Source of the DNA: an uncultured Candidatus Saccharibacteria bacterium
GTDB lineage: Bacteria; Patescibacteriota; Saccharimonadia; Saccharimonadales; CAYLGV01
Assembly (NCBI GenBank): GCA_964394925.1
Contig: CAYMZG010000001.1
Coordinates: forward strand, 261,656-319,735
Reading direction: 5' to 3'
DNA: 58,080 nt
Positions 16,935 through 27,571 of the stretch are shown piece after piece (within the stretch, counting starts at the first letter, position 1; every line of letters begins with the position of its first letter). Under the pieces are notes generated by a model. The model searched no databases, was not told the origin of the DNA, and was given only the letters and a program-made list of their open reading frames with translations. The position numbers and the translations under genes are program-made.

Positions 16935-18234
16935 ATATCCCATATACTACCGTGCTCAGTCCAACACCAGCAAGCACAAGCGGATGAAGTTTGCTACCGA
17001 CAGACGCATTACCGGAACCATTCTTAGAAGTATTGGATGAATTGGATTTTTTTGTCGAAGCTGGCGTTTTTGCTTTCTTAGTCGACGCTTTAACCACCTT
17101 GGATGGCTTTGCGGCACTCTTGGCCACAGGTTTTGATGTCTTAGAGGTTTTGGGTGACTTCGAGACTGATGAAGCCTGCTTGCTGGCACCAACCGCCTCT
17201 GTTAGGGCGTTGATGCTGCCCGGTGTTGGCGTGGCCGTCCATTGCCAGCTATCGTCGATGAATGCCCATGCCTTTCCGGCATCCGCCGCATCATACACGT
17301 CAGTCTCTGAAACTACTGCACCACGGGCATCGAGAAGACGCGCCCGTCCGCCAGAATTTGATAACAAAAGGTGTGTTTCAAGAACCGTAAATGCCACATA
17401 TGAATCGGGCTCAAGTATATGTTCTGGGAACGTATATGAATAGGTAAAATTGTTGCCTGACTGTAGCTTGTAGTCTTTTAGGTTCACTGTGTGCGACGAA
17501 AGATTGTGAATCTCGATATACTCGTTCGATTCATCGTTCTGCGGGGCGGCTGGATTAGGTAGTAGTTCCGAGATTTCCAAAACGTCCGGCGAAGGCGTTG
17601 GGACGACCTGTTCCGCAGGCTCAAGTGTCGGTGTTGGCGTTACCCCGAGCGCACTGCCTATTGGGTTGGGCTCTGACAACTGCCATTGGGCGGGTGTCAT
17701 AACATACTCTCCCTGTGGCGAGTGAGCGCGCGCAATAACTTGGTTTTTAGCTGCGGTCGTACTCGGCATATACACGATACTCCCCGTTGCCTGCACGACC
17801 GCAGCGGTCCAATGGAGTTCATCAATAATTTGACCATTTTTATCGGTTAACTGGAGAGTCCCGCCCGCGTCTGCCAGGCTTGTGAATGGCGATTTCTGAG
17901 CTAGGCTCATCTTAGAGTCTTGTTCATTCTTGGCAAGCAAGTAGTAGTGCTTCGGCTCAAGCTGGCCTTGAGCAATTACAAAACGGGTAAACGATTGATC
18001 AGCCGCTGGCACCGACGTATTGGCATAACCGATCGAATAATCGTTTAACGATACCGGCACGTCTGCAGGGTTATATAGCTCGATATACTCATCAAAGCCA
18101 GTTGTGTCATTACGCACCTTGACCTCGCTGATTATAAGAGTTGGTGCGTCTGCCTGAAGATGACCGAGCATCATGCCAACCAACACAACCGCAAGCACAC
18201 AACACACATACCAAGAAAGTTTTACGATTTTCAT
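16840..18234 (-). CDS. membrane-anchored protein with two lamin-tail (LTD) domains and a K/S/T-rich stalk
   Basis: N-terminal signal/TM. LIISEVKV..DEYIELYNP and LEISELLPNP..NEYIEIHN LTD signatures. Low-complexity SKxxK region. C-terminal TM. Confidence 0.75.
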   Translation of the reverse strand: MKIVKLSWYVCCVLAVVLVGMMLGHLQADAPTLIISEVKVRNDTTGFDEYIELYNPADVPVSLNDYSIGYANTSVPAADQSFTRFVIAQGQLEPKHYYLLAKNEQDSKMSLAQKSPFTSLADAGGTLQLTDKNGQIIDELHWTAAVVQATGSIVYMPSTTAAKNQVIARAHSPQGEYVMTPAQWQLSEPNPIGSALGVTPTPTLEPAEQVVPTPSPDVLEISELLPNPAAPQNDESNEYIEIHNLSSHTVNLKDYKLQSGNNFTYSYTFPEHILEPDSYVAFTVLETHLLLSNSGGRARLLDARGAVVSETDVYDAADAGKAWAFIDDSWQWTATPTPGSINALTEAVGASKQASSVSKSPKTSKTSKPVAKSAAKPSKVVKASTKKAKTPASTKKSNSSNTSKNGSGNASVGSKLHPLVLAGVGLSTVVYGIYEYRQDIALSVRKLKGNRGVRRAIGSQAEGR

Positions 18235-18341
18235 ATTCTCAGTTTATACTAAGTTTAATCTAAGTAATATGGTTTTATGAACAACTTTTCGTAGTAAGGA
18301 TTACTGATTTGGTGGAAAGGTTGTTTATACTGTTAAGTGGT

Positions 18342-18869
18342 ATGTTAATTCTGAGCGCTAGTCTTCTCGGTCAATCTGTCATGTCGCTTCGTACGGGTAG
18401 CGAGGTGGCCATTACACGCGAATACATCATTAACCCAAATAACCTAAAAATTGAGGGGTTCTTCTGTGATGATCGTTTTGATAAATCACGACTCGTATTG
18501 CTTGGCCAGGATATACGTGATCACATCAAACAAGGCTTTGTGGTTGACGACCACGAGGTTCTGGTTGAGCCAGATGAGCTCGTCCGCCTTAAAGACATTT
18601 TGAAAATGAAGTTTAGTCTTATTGGCAAGCCGGTGGTTGGCGCCAATAAACAGCGGCTCGGCAAAGTAACCGACTTTGCAATCGACGGCGACTCGCTATA
18701 CATCCAAAAGTTGTATATCGGGCAAAACTTGTTAAAAAGTTTCAGTGGCGGCACGCTGAGTGTGGACCGCAGCCAGATTATTGAGATCACTGATCGTAAG
18801 ATTGTTGTTCAGAATCCGCTCAAGGGCGTACGTGCCACGTCACCCATCTCAATTACCCCCAGTGCCTAG
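18342..18869 (+). CDS. PRC-barrel domain protein
   Basis: Two PRC-like units (SASLLGQSVMSLRTGSEV...; LIGKPVVGANKQRLGKVTDFAID). Start chosen at ATG 18342 rather than the TTG at 18309. Confidence 0.5.
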   Translation: MLILSASLLGQSVMSLRTGSEVAITREYIINPNNLKIEGFFCDDRFDKSRLVLLGQDIRDHIKQGFVVDDHEVLVEPDELVRLKDILKMKFSLIGKPVVGANKQRLGKVTDFAIDGDSLYIQKLYIGQNLLKSFSGGTLSVDRSQIIEITDRKIVVQNPLKGVRATSPISITPSA

Positions 18870-19501
18870 TCAGCGGTATCTTTATGGTCATCATAGCCTT
18901 CATTAGCCAAATGAATTGCCGACTTTATATCACCGTAGTTATAACCTTGGCGTATCAGATATTGCATGAGCTTAGTACTATCTTGATATTTAGCTTGGTG
19001 ACGTTTGCGCTCAATAAGCTCAACGAGCAGGGCTGTCTCGTTAGTGTCGTCTTCAGCAAGGGTGGCCGTAATAATGTCATCACTCACCCGTTTTTGCCGT
19101 AGCTCCATCTGTAACCGTTTACGACTGACGGGCTTGAGGAGACGCCTATTCGCTACCCAGGCCGAGGCAAACTTAACATCATCGACATAACCATACTCAG
19201 AGAGCTGTGCAATCACTTGGTCAATTACTTCGGGGTCATATTCTTTGCGCCTCAGATAATCGCGCAGCTCCCACTCGCTTCGTTGACGGCGAGCTAACTG
19301 GCCCGAAGCTTGATAACGAGCCTTATCTAATACACTATCGTCTTTAAGTTTCTGTAGCTCACCCGCACTTAATTCTTTGCCTAAGTGCAAGCCAAGTTTC
19401 AGCACTTCACTCTCTGAAAACGCGCATACATATGAACCATCTATGTACACCGAGTAGCGATCACGGCGTTTAACTTGCTGCTTCAGCGCCGTGATCCTCA
19501 T
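18866..19501 (-). CDS. recX: recombination regulator RecX
   Basis: 211 aa. RYSVYIDG N-terminus and repeated three-helix units. Directly downstream of recA. Confidence 0.85.
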   Translation of the reverse strand: MRITALKQQVKRRDRYSVYIDGSYVCAFSESEVLKLGLHLGKELSAGELQKLKDDSVLDKARYQASGQLARRQRSEWELRDYLRRKEYDPEVIDQVIAQLSEYGYVDDVKFASAWVANRRLLKPVSRKRLQMELRQKRVSDDIITATLAEDDTNETALLVELIERKRHQAKYQDSTKLMQYLIRQGYNYGDIKSAIHLANEGYDDHKDTAD

Positions 19502-19517
19502 GCCTGGCCCCGGTTAC

Positions 19518-20552
19518 CTAGTCTTTGTTGACACTATCGGTAATCTGTTTGGCAATGGCGTCGAGAACCTTGGGATTTTCGTCGAGGTAGACTTTGGCAG
19601 CTTCACGTCCTTGCGCAATCTTTTCGCCGTTATAGCTATACCAAGCTCCTGACTTTTCGACGATGTCTCGGGCAGCTGCAATGTCAAGAATGTCACCACT
19701 TTTGCTAATTCCTTGGTTGTACATAATATCGAATTCAGCCTCTCGGAAAGGGGGTGCAATCTTGTTCTTGACCACCTTCACTCTTGTGCGGTTGCCAACC
19801 ACATTTTCACCCTGTTTTATTTGAGCAATACGACGAATATCCATGCGTACTGACGCATAAAACTTTAAGGCGTTACCGCCAGTAGTTGTTTCTGGGTTGC
19901 CAAACATCACGCCAATCTTCATGCGGATCTGGTTAATGAAAATAACCGTGGCCTTAGAGCGTGAAATAATGCCCGTTAGCTTGCGGAGCGCCTGGCTCAT
20001 TAAGCGGGCTTGCAAACCCATATGGCTATCACCCATGTCACCTTCTATTTCAGCACGAGGTACGAGCGCCGCCACCGAGTCAACAACAATCAAATCAACT
20101 GCGTTGCTACGCACCAGCGTCTCGACAATCTCAAGCGCCTGTTCGCCGTTATCCGGCTGTGACAGCAACAAATTATCGACATCGACACCGATGCGCTTGG
20201 CATAGGCGGGGTCCAGGGCATGCTCAGCGTCAATGAATGCTGCAGTGCCACCCTGTTTTTGAATTTCAGCAATGGCATGCAGAGTGAGTGTCGTTTTACC
20301 ACTTGATTCAGGACCATAAATCTCAATGACACGACCCTTTGGGATACCACCACCGAGCGCAAGGTCAAGCGAAATACTCCCCGTTGGAATGCACTCTACC
20401 TGAGTAGCGTGCGCCTCGCCGAGCTTCATAATGGAACCCTTGCCGAACTGTTTTTCAATTGTTTCTAGTGCAAGACCAAGCGCCTTGGAGCGACCACTCG
20501 CATCACTCGATGTTTCGCTCGAAGCCTTAGTCGTTGTTTTTTTGTCAGCCAT
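19518..20552 (-). CDS. recA: recombinase RecA
   Basis: [10 protein letters not shown] Walker [10 protein letters not shown] and IFINQIR motifs. GGAGGG lies upstream of the ATG. Confidence 0.97.
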   Translation of the reverse strand: MADKKTTTKASSETSSDASGRSKALGLALETIEKQFGKGSIMKLGEAHATQVECIPTGSISLDLALGGGIPKGRVIEIYGPESSGKTTLTLHAIAEIQKQGGTAAFIDAEHALDPAYAKRIGVDVDNLLLSQPDNGEQALEIVETLVRSNAVDLIVVDSVAALVPRAEIEGDMGDSHMGLQARLMSQALRKLTGIISRSKATVIFINQIRMKIGVMFGNPETTTGGNALKFYASVRMDIRRIAQIKQGENVVGNRTRVKVVKNKIAPPFREAEFDIMYNQGISKSGDILDIAAARDIVEKSGAWYSYNGEKIAQGREAAKVYLDENPKVLDAIAKQITDSVNKD

Positions 20553-20724
20553 ATACCCTCCTGGTTACGTTTTGTCTCTCAGTACTGGTGTTAGTATATC
20601 AGATTTCACCACGAAAAGAGAAGTGTTTCAAGAGTATACCTGAGATTTGTCTGAGAATCAAGTTCGAACCAATTGTTGTTTTCGTTTATGTTTTATACCA
20701 TCCCTGCTACAATCAAAAATAGTT

Positions 20725-21303
20725 ATGAAACCTCAGAAGAGTGGGCAAAAAGGTTTTACCTTAATCGAGATTATGGTTGTGATCTCAATTTTGGGGATTC
20801 TAGTTATTTTGGTATATAGCCTGATCGTGCCAAAGTGGCGCGCACGAACATATTACACTCGTAGTCTGGCCGAGATGAACAGTATGGGAAATGCACTTAA
20901 TTTATACGTTGCCAAATACAACGATTATCCGCCCGACGTTTCTCGAGACATTCCCGCGGGTATCAAGGAGTTCTTGCAAACACAACAAGGTAATAACAAC
21001 TGGCCAGAAGCGCCATTCCCAGGTAGTGTGTACGACTGGGATAATTGGCCACCGGACAGCAATGGGCCGAACCAAACTTACCAAATTAGCATCCGTTTTT
21101 GTGACCCAGGACAGGATGCAGTATGCAAGGCCAACGCTCAAAAATATCTTGCCGGTTATGTCCCCCAGAGTACGCTAAACAATTGGGACAGCTATAGTTC
21201 CATGTATTACTGCGTTAAGGGCTCCTGTCGATCACACCAAACAAAGCCAATGGATCACCCTGGCTTCTGTGTCAATTGCGGCACAAAAGGCCAAGTCTTT
21301 TAA
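20725..21303 (+). CDS. type IV pilin (candidate major pilin)
   Basis: Class III signal MKPQKSGQKG/FTLIEIMVV. Start moved from the ORF-track 20647. TGcTACAAT lies 11 nt upstream. Six Cys in the C-terminal half. Confidence 0.8.
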   Translation: MKPQKSGQKGFTLIEIMVVISILGILVILVYSLIVPKWRARTYYTRSLAEMNSMGNALNLYVAKYNDYPPDVSRDIPAGIKEFLQTQQGNNNWPEAPFPGSVYDWDNWPPDSNGPNQTYQISIRFCDPGQDAVCKANAQKYLAGYVPQSTLNNWDSYSSMYYCVKGSCRSHQTKPMDHPGFCVNCGTKGQVF

Positions 21304-21350
21304 ACTGTTCTATTCTGCTTATGCTTTTTCTTATATAATTAGCTGCAACA

Positions 21351-23165
21351 ATGCGTATATCTGATGCTCTAGTCGAAAAGTTATTGGTTGATGCTGGTAA
21401 GTTGTCCAACGAGCAGCTTACTGACCTCAAAGAGCGGGAAAAGGCCGAGAAGAAACCGCTCCAAGACCTGGTGATTCAGGGTAATATCACCAATGAGAAG
21501 GATCTCACCAAACTGTATTCCGATGAGATTGATATCCCCTTTATTGAGCTCAACCCGAAAGAGATCAAGCGTGAGGTACTCCGCCTCGTCCCCGAGCGGA
21601 TTGCCCGCCAATATAGCGTGGTGCTGTATGGCGTTGAAGAAGATGGTACAAAATTGTTGGCCATGGCCGACCCTGATGATATTCAGGCCATAAACTTCCT
21701 GCAGAAACAGCTCGGGAGCAACCTGAAGGTGTCGGTAGCTACGAATAGCAACATCCAGGCCGCCCTTGATCAGTACCGAGGCAATATCGGCAATGAGCTC
21801 ACTAAGGTCATCTCACCAGATGGTACTGAAGAAGACGAGGAAGAGGATGACATTGATGAGTCAGACCTAGCTGAAGACTCGCCCATTGCCCAGACGGTTA
21901 ACCTGATTATTGAGTATGCGATCCGCTCGGGTGCGAGTGATATTCACATCGAGCCACGGGACGGTTATGTGAGTGTGCGTTACCGCGTTGATGGCATGCT
22001 GCGTGAGGCTAACAAACTGCCACATAAGGTGCATGGCGCACTCGTGTCGCGTATTAAGATTCTCAGTAATCTCAAGATTGATGAGCGCCGTGCTCCACAA
22101 GACGGTCGCTTTAAGATACAGCTTGGGGGCGAAACTTATGCTCTCCGTGTTTCAACCCTGCCAATCACCGAAGGTGAAAAAGTGGTAATGCGTATTTTGA
22201 ATGAAACCTCTAAGGCTGCTACGCTTGAGGAATTGGGCTACTGGGGAGTTAGCCTCGACAGTATCAATAAAGCAATTGCTCAGCCACACGGCATGATCCT
22301 CGTGACAGGCCCAACGGGTTCGGGTAAATCAACCAGTCTGTTTAGTATTTTAAGCCTACTTAACAAGCCCACTATAAATATCTCGACTGTTGAAGACCCC
22401 GTTGAATACAAGATCCCCGGTGCCAATCAGGTACAGCTCAATCCAAAAGCAGGTATGACCTTTGCCTCTGGCCTGCGCGCCCTCATGCGACAAGATCCTA
22501 ACGTCATCATGGTTGGCGAGGTTCGTGATGGCGAAACGGCTGACATTGCCGTGCAAGCCGCCCTCACCGGTCACCTTGTGTTTGCAACCCTACACACCAA
22601 CAACGCCGCCACCTGTCTACCCCGCTTACTCGATATGGGTATTGAGCCATTCCTGATAGCCAGTACTATTCGCGCCGTTGTAGGTCAGCGCCTTGTGCGC
22701 CGCCTATGTGTAGATTGCCGGGAAGAATTCACACCAGATGCCGCCACCCTCAAACAGGTGGCCGAAATCTTTGGTACCGCCAATGCGGCCGTAATGAAGC
22801 ATATCCACCAGCTTGAAGAACAAGCCCTCGAGGGCGGCATTGGTAAAAGCAACAGTGGTAAGAGCCAACTTGATACCTCGAAATTATCCACCACCGACTC
22901 AAAGATCAGTCGCATGTTCAAGGCCCACGATGATGGCTGTGACACCTGTGGCCACAGTGGCTATAAGGGTCGAATGGGTATCTATGAGGTTTTGAGCAAC
23001 TCAGTTGAGGTTCAGAAGATGATTGTTGCCAACGGTACCAGCGACGAAATACAGGAACAATGTATCAAGGACGGCATGGTCACTATGCAGCTGGATGGCT
23101 TCATTAAGGCACTGCGTGGCCAAACAACCATTGAAGAAATTTTGCGAGTAACCACCGAGAAATAA
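21351..23165 (+). CDS. pilB: type IV pilus assembly ATPase PilB/GspE family
   Basis: 604 aa. Walker A GPTGSGKST, Asp and His boxes, tetracysteine motif (CxxC...CxxC). Confidence 0.93.
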   Translation: MRISDALVEKLLVDAGKLSNEQLTDLKEREKAEKKPLQDLVIQGNITNEKDLTKLYSDEIDIPFIELNPKEIKREVLRLVPERIARQYSVVLYGVEEDGTKLLAMADPDDIQAINFLQKQLGSNLKVSVATNSNIQAALDQYRGNIGNELTKVISPDGTEEDEEEDDIDESDLAEDSPIAQTVNLIIEYAIRSGASDIHIEPRDGYVSVRYRVDGMLREANKLPHKVHGALVSRIKILSNLKIDERRAPQDGRFKIQLGGETYALRVSTLPITEGEKVVMRILNETSKAATLEELGYWGVSLDSINKAIAQPHGMILVTGPTGSGKSTSLFSILSLLNKPTINISTVEDPVEYKIPGANQVQLNPKAGMTFASGLRALMRQDPNVIMVGEVRDGETADIAVQAALTGHLVFATLHTNNAATCLPRLLDMGIEPFLIASTIRAVVGQRLVRRLCVDCREEFTPDAATLKQVAEIFGTANAAVMKHIHQLEEQALEGGIGKSNSGKSQLDTSKLSTTDSKISRMFKAHDDGCDTCGHSGYKGRMGIYEVLSNSVEVQKMIVANGTSDEIQEQCIKDGMVTMQLDGFIKALRGQTTIEEILRVTTEK

Positions 23166-23167
23166 AT

Positions 23168-24382
23168 ATGAAGTTTAGCTACACCGCCACTAATAAAGAA
23201 GGTCACACCGTACAGGGAACCGTTGAAGCCGTAGATCGTAATGGAGTATTAACGGCTCTGCACAAACAGGGCCTTCGACCTGTTGTAGTTAAACTAGATA
23301 GTGCTAAGAGTAGCGGTCGCGGTCGGCATAAACGAGTGAAATCTAAAGAGATAGTTATTTTCACCCGTCAGCTCTCCACAATGATCTCGGCAGGCGTGCC
23401 ACTTACCCGAGCACTTTCTACTATGCAAACGCAGACAGAGAGTGCCTATTTTAAACAGGTGGTTGGCAATATTACCAAAGATATTGAAGGCGGTATGCCC
23501 CTCGCTGACGCGTTTGCCAAATATCCCAATGTATTCTCTGAGGTCTACATTAATATGATTCGTGCCGGTGAAGCTGGTGGTATTCTCGATGACATTCTCA
23601 AACGACTTGCCAGTCAAGTAGAGCAAGATGCCAGTATGCGCAAAAAGATAAAAAGCGCCATGATGTACCCGATCGTAATCTTGAGCATAACGGTGATTGC
23701 CTTTTTTGGCATTATGATTTTTGTGATTCCCAAGATTGCCAAAATATTGCAAGACCTCGGTGGTCCAAATGCTAAGTTGCCGGTGTACACACAGGCCATG
23801 CTGAACATTAGTGCCTTTATTCAGCACAATATCATCCCGATAGTTATCCTAAGTGTTGGCGGAAGCTACGTACTGCGACGCTACATCAAGACACCGAAGG
23901 GTAAATACAAATTCCATTCCCTCCTGCTACGCACACCCGTTCTAAAAGGTATCATCATCAAGATCGCCATTGCCCGTTTCTCACGCACTTTTGCTTCGCT
24001 TATGTCAGCGGGTGTCAGTGTGCTTGATTCACTCGAAGTAACCGGTGGCGCTATTGGTAATAAAGTAATCGAGGAAGAGCTCAAAGACGCCGCCAAAGAA
24101 GTAAGAAACGGTAAATCATTGAGTGAACCACTATCTAACAGCAAACACTTCCCTCCAATTGTTGGTCAAATGCTCGCTATTGGGGAAGAAACTGGCCAAA
24201 TTGATACGATTCTCGTGAAGGTAGCTGACTTTTATGAAGAAGAGGTGGAAACCATGATTGATGGCCTGAGCTCGCTGATTGAACCACTTATGATCGTCGT
24301 TCTTGGCGCGCTAGTTGGTGTGATTGCAGCGAGCGTTATGGGTCCAATTGCCTCTCTCAGCAAAAACATTGGTAACAACTAG
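23168..24382 (+). CDS. pilC: type IV pilus platform protein PilC/GspF family
   Basis: 404 aa. Duplicated GspF domains and three TM segments. Confidence 0.92.
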   Translation: MKFSYTATNKEGHTVQGTVEAVDRNGVLTALHKQGLRPVVVKLDSAKSSGRGRHKRVKSKEIVIFTRQLSTMISAGVPLTRALSTMQTQTESAYFKQVVGNITKDIEGGMPLADAFAKYPNVFSEVYINMIRAGEAGGILDDILKRLASQVEQDASMRKKIKSAMMYPIVILSITVIAFFGIMIFVIPKIAKILQDLGGPNAKLPVYTQAMLNISAFIQHNIIPIVILSVGGSYVLRRYIKTPKGKYKFHSLLLRTPVLKGIIIKIAIARFSRTFASLMSAGVSVLDSLEVTGGAIGNKVIEEELKDAAKEVRNGKSLSEPLSNSKHFPPIVGQMLAIGEETGQIDTILVKVADFYEEEVETMIDGLSSLIEPLMIVVLGALVGVIAASVMGPIASLSKNIGNN

Positions 24383-24431
24383 TAGTCTCTCTAGTATAAT
24401 AAGTATAAGCGTAAGAAGTTAGCGCTAATGT

Positions 24432-24878
24432 ATGCGTAAAATCCAGAGGGTGGAATTGAAACTCAAAGCATTAAACCAGGCCGGTTTCTCTCTTGTGGAA
24501 CTGCTTATCACCATGATTGTGATTGGTGTACTGTTTGGTGCCTTCCTCGTAACCTTTACGTCGATTCAAAACATTAATAAAAAGGCACTCGATATCAATA
24601 CTGCCAGCACCATTGCCTACGCCAAGGTGCAGGAATATGAGAATAAGAACTTTAGCGCATTGCCAAATACTACGCCAACAAACTCACTGGTACAGGTGGA
24701 AGATTTTAGTAGTAGCCTGCCGAATAGCCTTGAATCACCTCGCGTTGCCACCGTATCTGTCAACACTGTCTCTTCCAGCCTAAAGCAGGTTGTGGTAAAT
24801 ATCCAGTTCGGTAGTGGCCCCTCTCAGCGTACCATTCAATATGCCGACTTTATTCAGAAGAATGGATTGGGGCGATGA
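24432..24878 (+). CDS. prepilin-type N-terminal cleavage/methylation protein (minor pilin)
   Basis: NQAG/FSLVELLITMIVIGVL. Confidence 0.7.
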   Translation: MRKIQRVELKLKALNQAGFSLVELLITMIVIGVLFGAFLVTFTSIQNINKKALDINTASTIAYAKVQEYENKNFSALPNTTPTNSLVQVEDFSSSLPNSLESPRVATVSVNTVSSSLKQVVVNIQFGSGPSQRTIQYADFIQKNGLGR

Positions 24879-25597
24879 TGCGACACAGTAAAGAACAAGG
24901 CTTTACTCTATTAGAGATTTTAATCATGTCGCCAATTGTGATGCTGACCATTGTGATTATCATTAGTTACCTGTTTAGCCAGTATGGTCAGTTGATCCAG
25001 CAAGGCTCACAGCTCAACTTGAATGTTGAGGCTCAAAACATCACGTTTAGCATGCAAGACGATCTGTTCTTTGCCAACTCCTACGCCAGCGCTATAAATA
25101 CTAATTTGGTCGACAGTAACCAGCCAACTGGTGGCTGGAAAGCTGCCACAACCCCACAGACTCTCATTGTGTCCGTACCTGCTGAGACGGCCAACCGCCG
25201 CTCGGCCTCCAGGCAACCCGTATACATTAATACCGTCGGCTGCGATCCAGCTGTTCTGACCGATAATTCACCCCTTTACAACAATGTCATTTACTTCGTA
25301 AGTGGCACCAACCTATACAAGCGCTACCTTACGGCACCTTCCACCATGAACACTTGTGGTACAAGCTTCCAAAAGCAAACCTGTCCGAACGGTAAAGTTA
25401 CTTCAAGCTGTCCTGCTGATCGTTTGCTAACTGATAAACTTTCGAGCTTTACGGTCACCTATTACGATACGAGCAATACCGTTACAACCACCCCCGACTT
25501 GGCTGAAAAGGTAAAAATCGACATACAGCTGAAAGACAAAGCTTTTGCCGAAGACATTACCAGCTCGAGCAGCATAACGTTAAGGAAGATTAACTAA
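24875..25597 (+). CDS. pilin-like protein (PilW-like minor pilin)
   Basis: KEQG/FTLLEILIM. ATGA overlap with the preceding gene. Confidence 0.65.
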   Translation: MMRHSKEQGFTLLEILIMSPIVMLTIVIIISYLFSQYGQLIQQGSQLNLNVEAQNITFSMQDDLFFANSYASAINTNLVDSNQPTGGWKAATTPQTLIVSVPAETANRRSASRQPVYINTVGCDPAVLTDNSPLYNNVIYFVSGTNLYKRYLTAPSTMNTCGTSFQKQTCPNGKVTSSCPADRLLTDKLSSFTVTYYDTSNTVTTTPDLAEKVKIDIQLKDKAFAEDITSSSSITLRKIN

Positions 25598-27504
25598 TGG
25601 GTCGGCTGGCACGATTTACTCGTATTCGAAAAGATGAGCGAGGCTTCTTCATGCCAACTGTTATTATTCTGATGGGACTGATGGCAATCATTGCCTACTC
25701 TGCCCTTATGCAGGCGAACAATAGCCTTAACCTCGCTTATAAACAAACTTACGTGACCATGGCGCGTGTTGCTTCTAAGGCAGCCATTGACTACGCTCAA
25801 GAGCAATTCGATAAATCTACCTGCGGTGGCTACACCGGCACAACCGAAACCGACCTCGTAAGTAATAGCCGTTATCGTGTCACTTTTAAGGTTGAGGTTA
25901 TCAGTACCTCCACCGACGGCTATGAGAAGTCAATTAAGGGCACCGGTAGCGTATACCTGCCGAAGTTGTCGAGCACCGCTCAGTATGTATTTGATATACG
26001 CTCAGAAATTGTAAGAACCTATGCTACCTGCAAAACACCAGATAACTTTGCGCCGCTGGTGTGGCTTGATGCCAGCAACATTGCCTCATTGAAGAAGACG
26101 GGAACTTCAACAACTACTGCCAGCCCCACTACCTCCTATGGTGTCGCCGGTGATACAACCCGAGACACGCTAGAAGAGCGTGCTGATAACGGCACACAAA
26201 CCGCGGCCGCCTGGCAGAGTAATGACTTTGAAATGAGTACCTGTGATAGTACTGAGTTCTCGGCATCTGTTTGTAGTAGCAACACTACCAAATATGTGAA
26301 TATTGGCATGGTCTACAGTAATGTAACCGTGCCGCGCGGCTCCACCATTACCTCGGCATCAATTACACTCAACTGTACAACGCCCTCGGGTACCAGTGGC
26401 GCTTTGAATAATCGCATTTATGGAATCTATAAAGCAGCGAATAATGTACATCCCGATCTGTTCACGCAAGCCGGCACAAATCAATTGAAGACACCACTGG
26501 CCACAGCTGGCTTGCACACCACCGCCTTTACTAATGTCACCTCTAATAACTGCCCACCTGGTAATAACACGGTGTTTGACGTTACGAGTGTCGTCCAAGA
26601 AATCATTAATAACTCAAACTGGGATCCAGCAACAGGCGGCGGACGAATGGGCTTTGCTATCCAGCGTACCTCTGGAGCGGGTAGTCGTCATTTCCTAAAG
26701 AACAGTAATCAGCTGAGCATTTCCTACTCAGCTACCACCGTGGCGCAGGCCAATAACAATGACAGTCTCGGCGAGTGGGACGACATTTCTGGCAATAATA
26801 ACCATGCTAAATATGCCTATGGTACAGCCCCTGTTCGTGTGGACAACCAGATTAATGGTAAAACCATTGTTCGTTTTAATAATGGTACATTGGCCAGTAC
26901 CCTGGTAAATGCCCTAACCGCCAAGCGAGAATTAACTGTTTTTGCGGTGGTTAAATCGAACTTCACCACTTCTGCCAGTGACGGACGCATTGTTACCGGC
27001 ATGAGTACCACGGGCACTAATGACACTACGGCTGGCAATTCAATAATTCCATTGCTTCGCTACGCTACGAATAGTGGCTTTTCTAACTTGTATTACACTA
27101 ATGCGGCTGCCTATCGTACAGATTACACCTGTGGCGCAGCATGTGCGAGCACGCCATATCTATTCACCTCATTATTCGATGTGAACAGTACCACCAACAA
27201 AGTTGACAGTACCCTCAAAGGTGCGGGTGCGCCAGTAGCCACTAAAACAAACCTCAGCCCCACGGGCTCGCCTTACACCTACTCACTCGACCAGTTCTAC
27301 TACGGCGGTCGTCGTAATGGGAGTATTGCAGGCGGCACAGGAACTGATTACTTTAATGGTGACTTTGCCGAGATCGTCATTTATGATCACGCCTTGCAAT
27401 GTCGTGAAATTGAGCAACTTGAAGATTACTTTAGGAGCAAGTGGAACCTGTCAGCTACGCAGTACACCAGTACCTGTCCAGCTGATGCCATTCCAACACT
27501 ATAG
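25597..27504 (+). CDS. large pilin-like protein: PilX-type N-terminal helix plus C-terminal LamG/concanavalin-like domain (candidate tip adhesin)
   Basis: DERG/FFMPTVIILMGLMAII. C-terminal region ends in FNGDFAEIVIYDHAL...LEDYF, typical of LamG-type lectin folds. TAATG overlap with the upstream gene. Confidence 0.6.
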   Translation: MGRLARFTRIRKDERGFFMPTVIILMGLMAIIAYSALMQANNSLNLAYKQTYVTMARVASKAAIDYAQEQFDKSTCGGYTGTTETDLVSNSRYRVTFKVEVISTSTDGYEKSIKGTGSVYLPKLSSTAQYVFDIRSEIVRTYATCKTPDNFAPLVWLDASNIASLKKTGTSTTTASPTTSYGVAGDTTRDTLEERADNGTQTAAAWQSNDFEMSTCDSTEFSASVCSSNTTKYVNIGMVYSNVTVPRGSTITSASITLNCTTPSGTSGALNNRIYGIYKAANNVHPDLFTQAGTNQLKTPLATAGLHTTAFTNVTSNNCPPGNNTVFDVTSVVQEIINNSNWDPATGGGRMGFAIQRTSGAGSRHFLKNSNQLSISYSATTVAQANNNDSLGEWDDISGNNNHAKYAYGTAPVRVDNQINGKTIVRFNNGTLASTLVNALTAKRELTVFAVVKSNFTTSASDGRIVTGMSTTGTNDTTAGNSIIPLLRYATNSGFSNLYYTNAAAYRTDYTCGAACASTPYLFTSLFDVNSTTNKVDSTLKGAGAPVATKTNLSPTGSPYTYSLDQFYYGGRRNGSIAGGTGTDYFNGDFAEIVIYDHALQCREIEQLEDYFRSKWNLSATQYTSTCPADAIPTL

Positions 27505-27571
27505 TCACGATGAAATACACCCGAGAAATGCTATACTATAACAAAGCCGCTTACGCTTTTGATGGGCAAGC

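Noticed and set aside
20661-20677. GTTCGAACCAATTGTTG, an SOS-box-like sequence (CGAAC-N4-GTTxG) between recA and the pilin gene.
   Set aside because: The second half-site matches poorly, it lies more than 110 nt upstream of the recA ATG, and no lexA is visible in the window. The evidence is insufficient.
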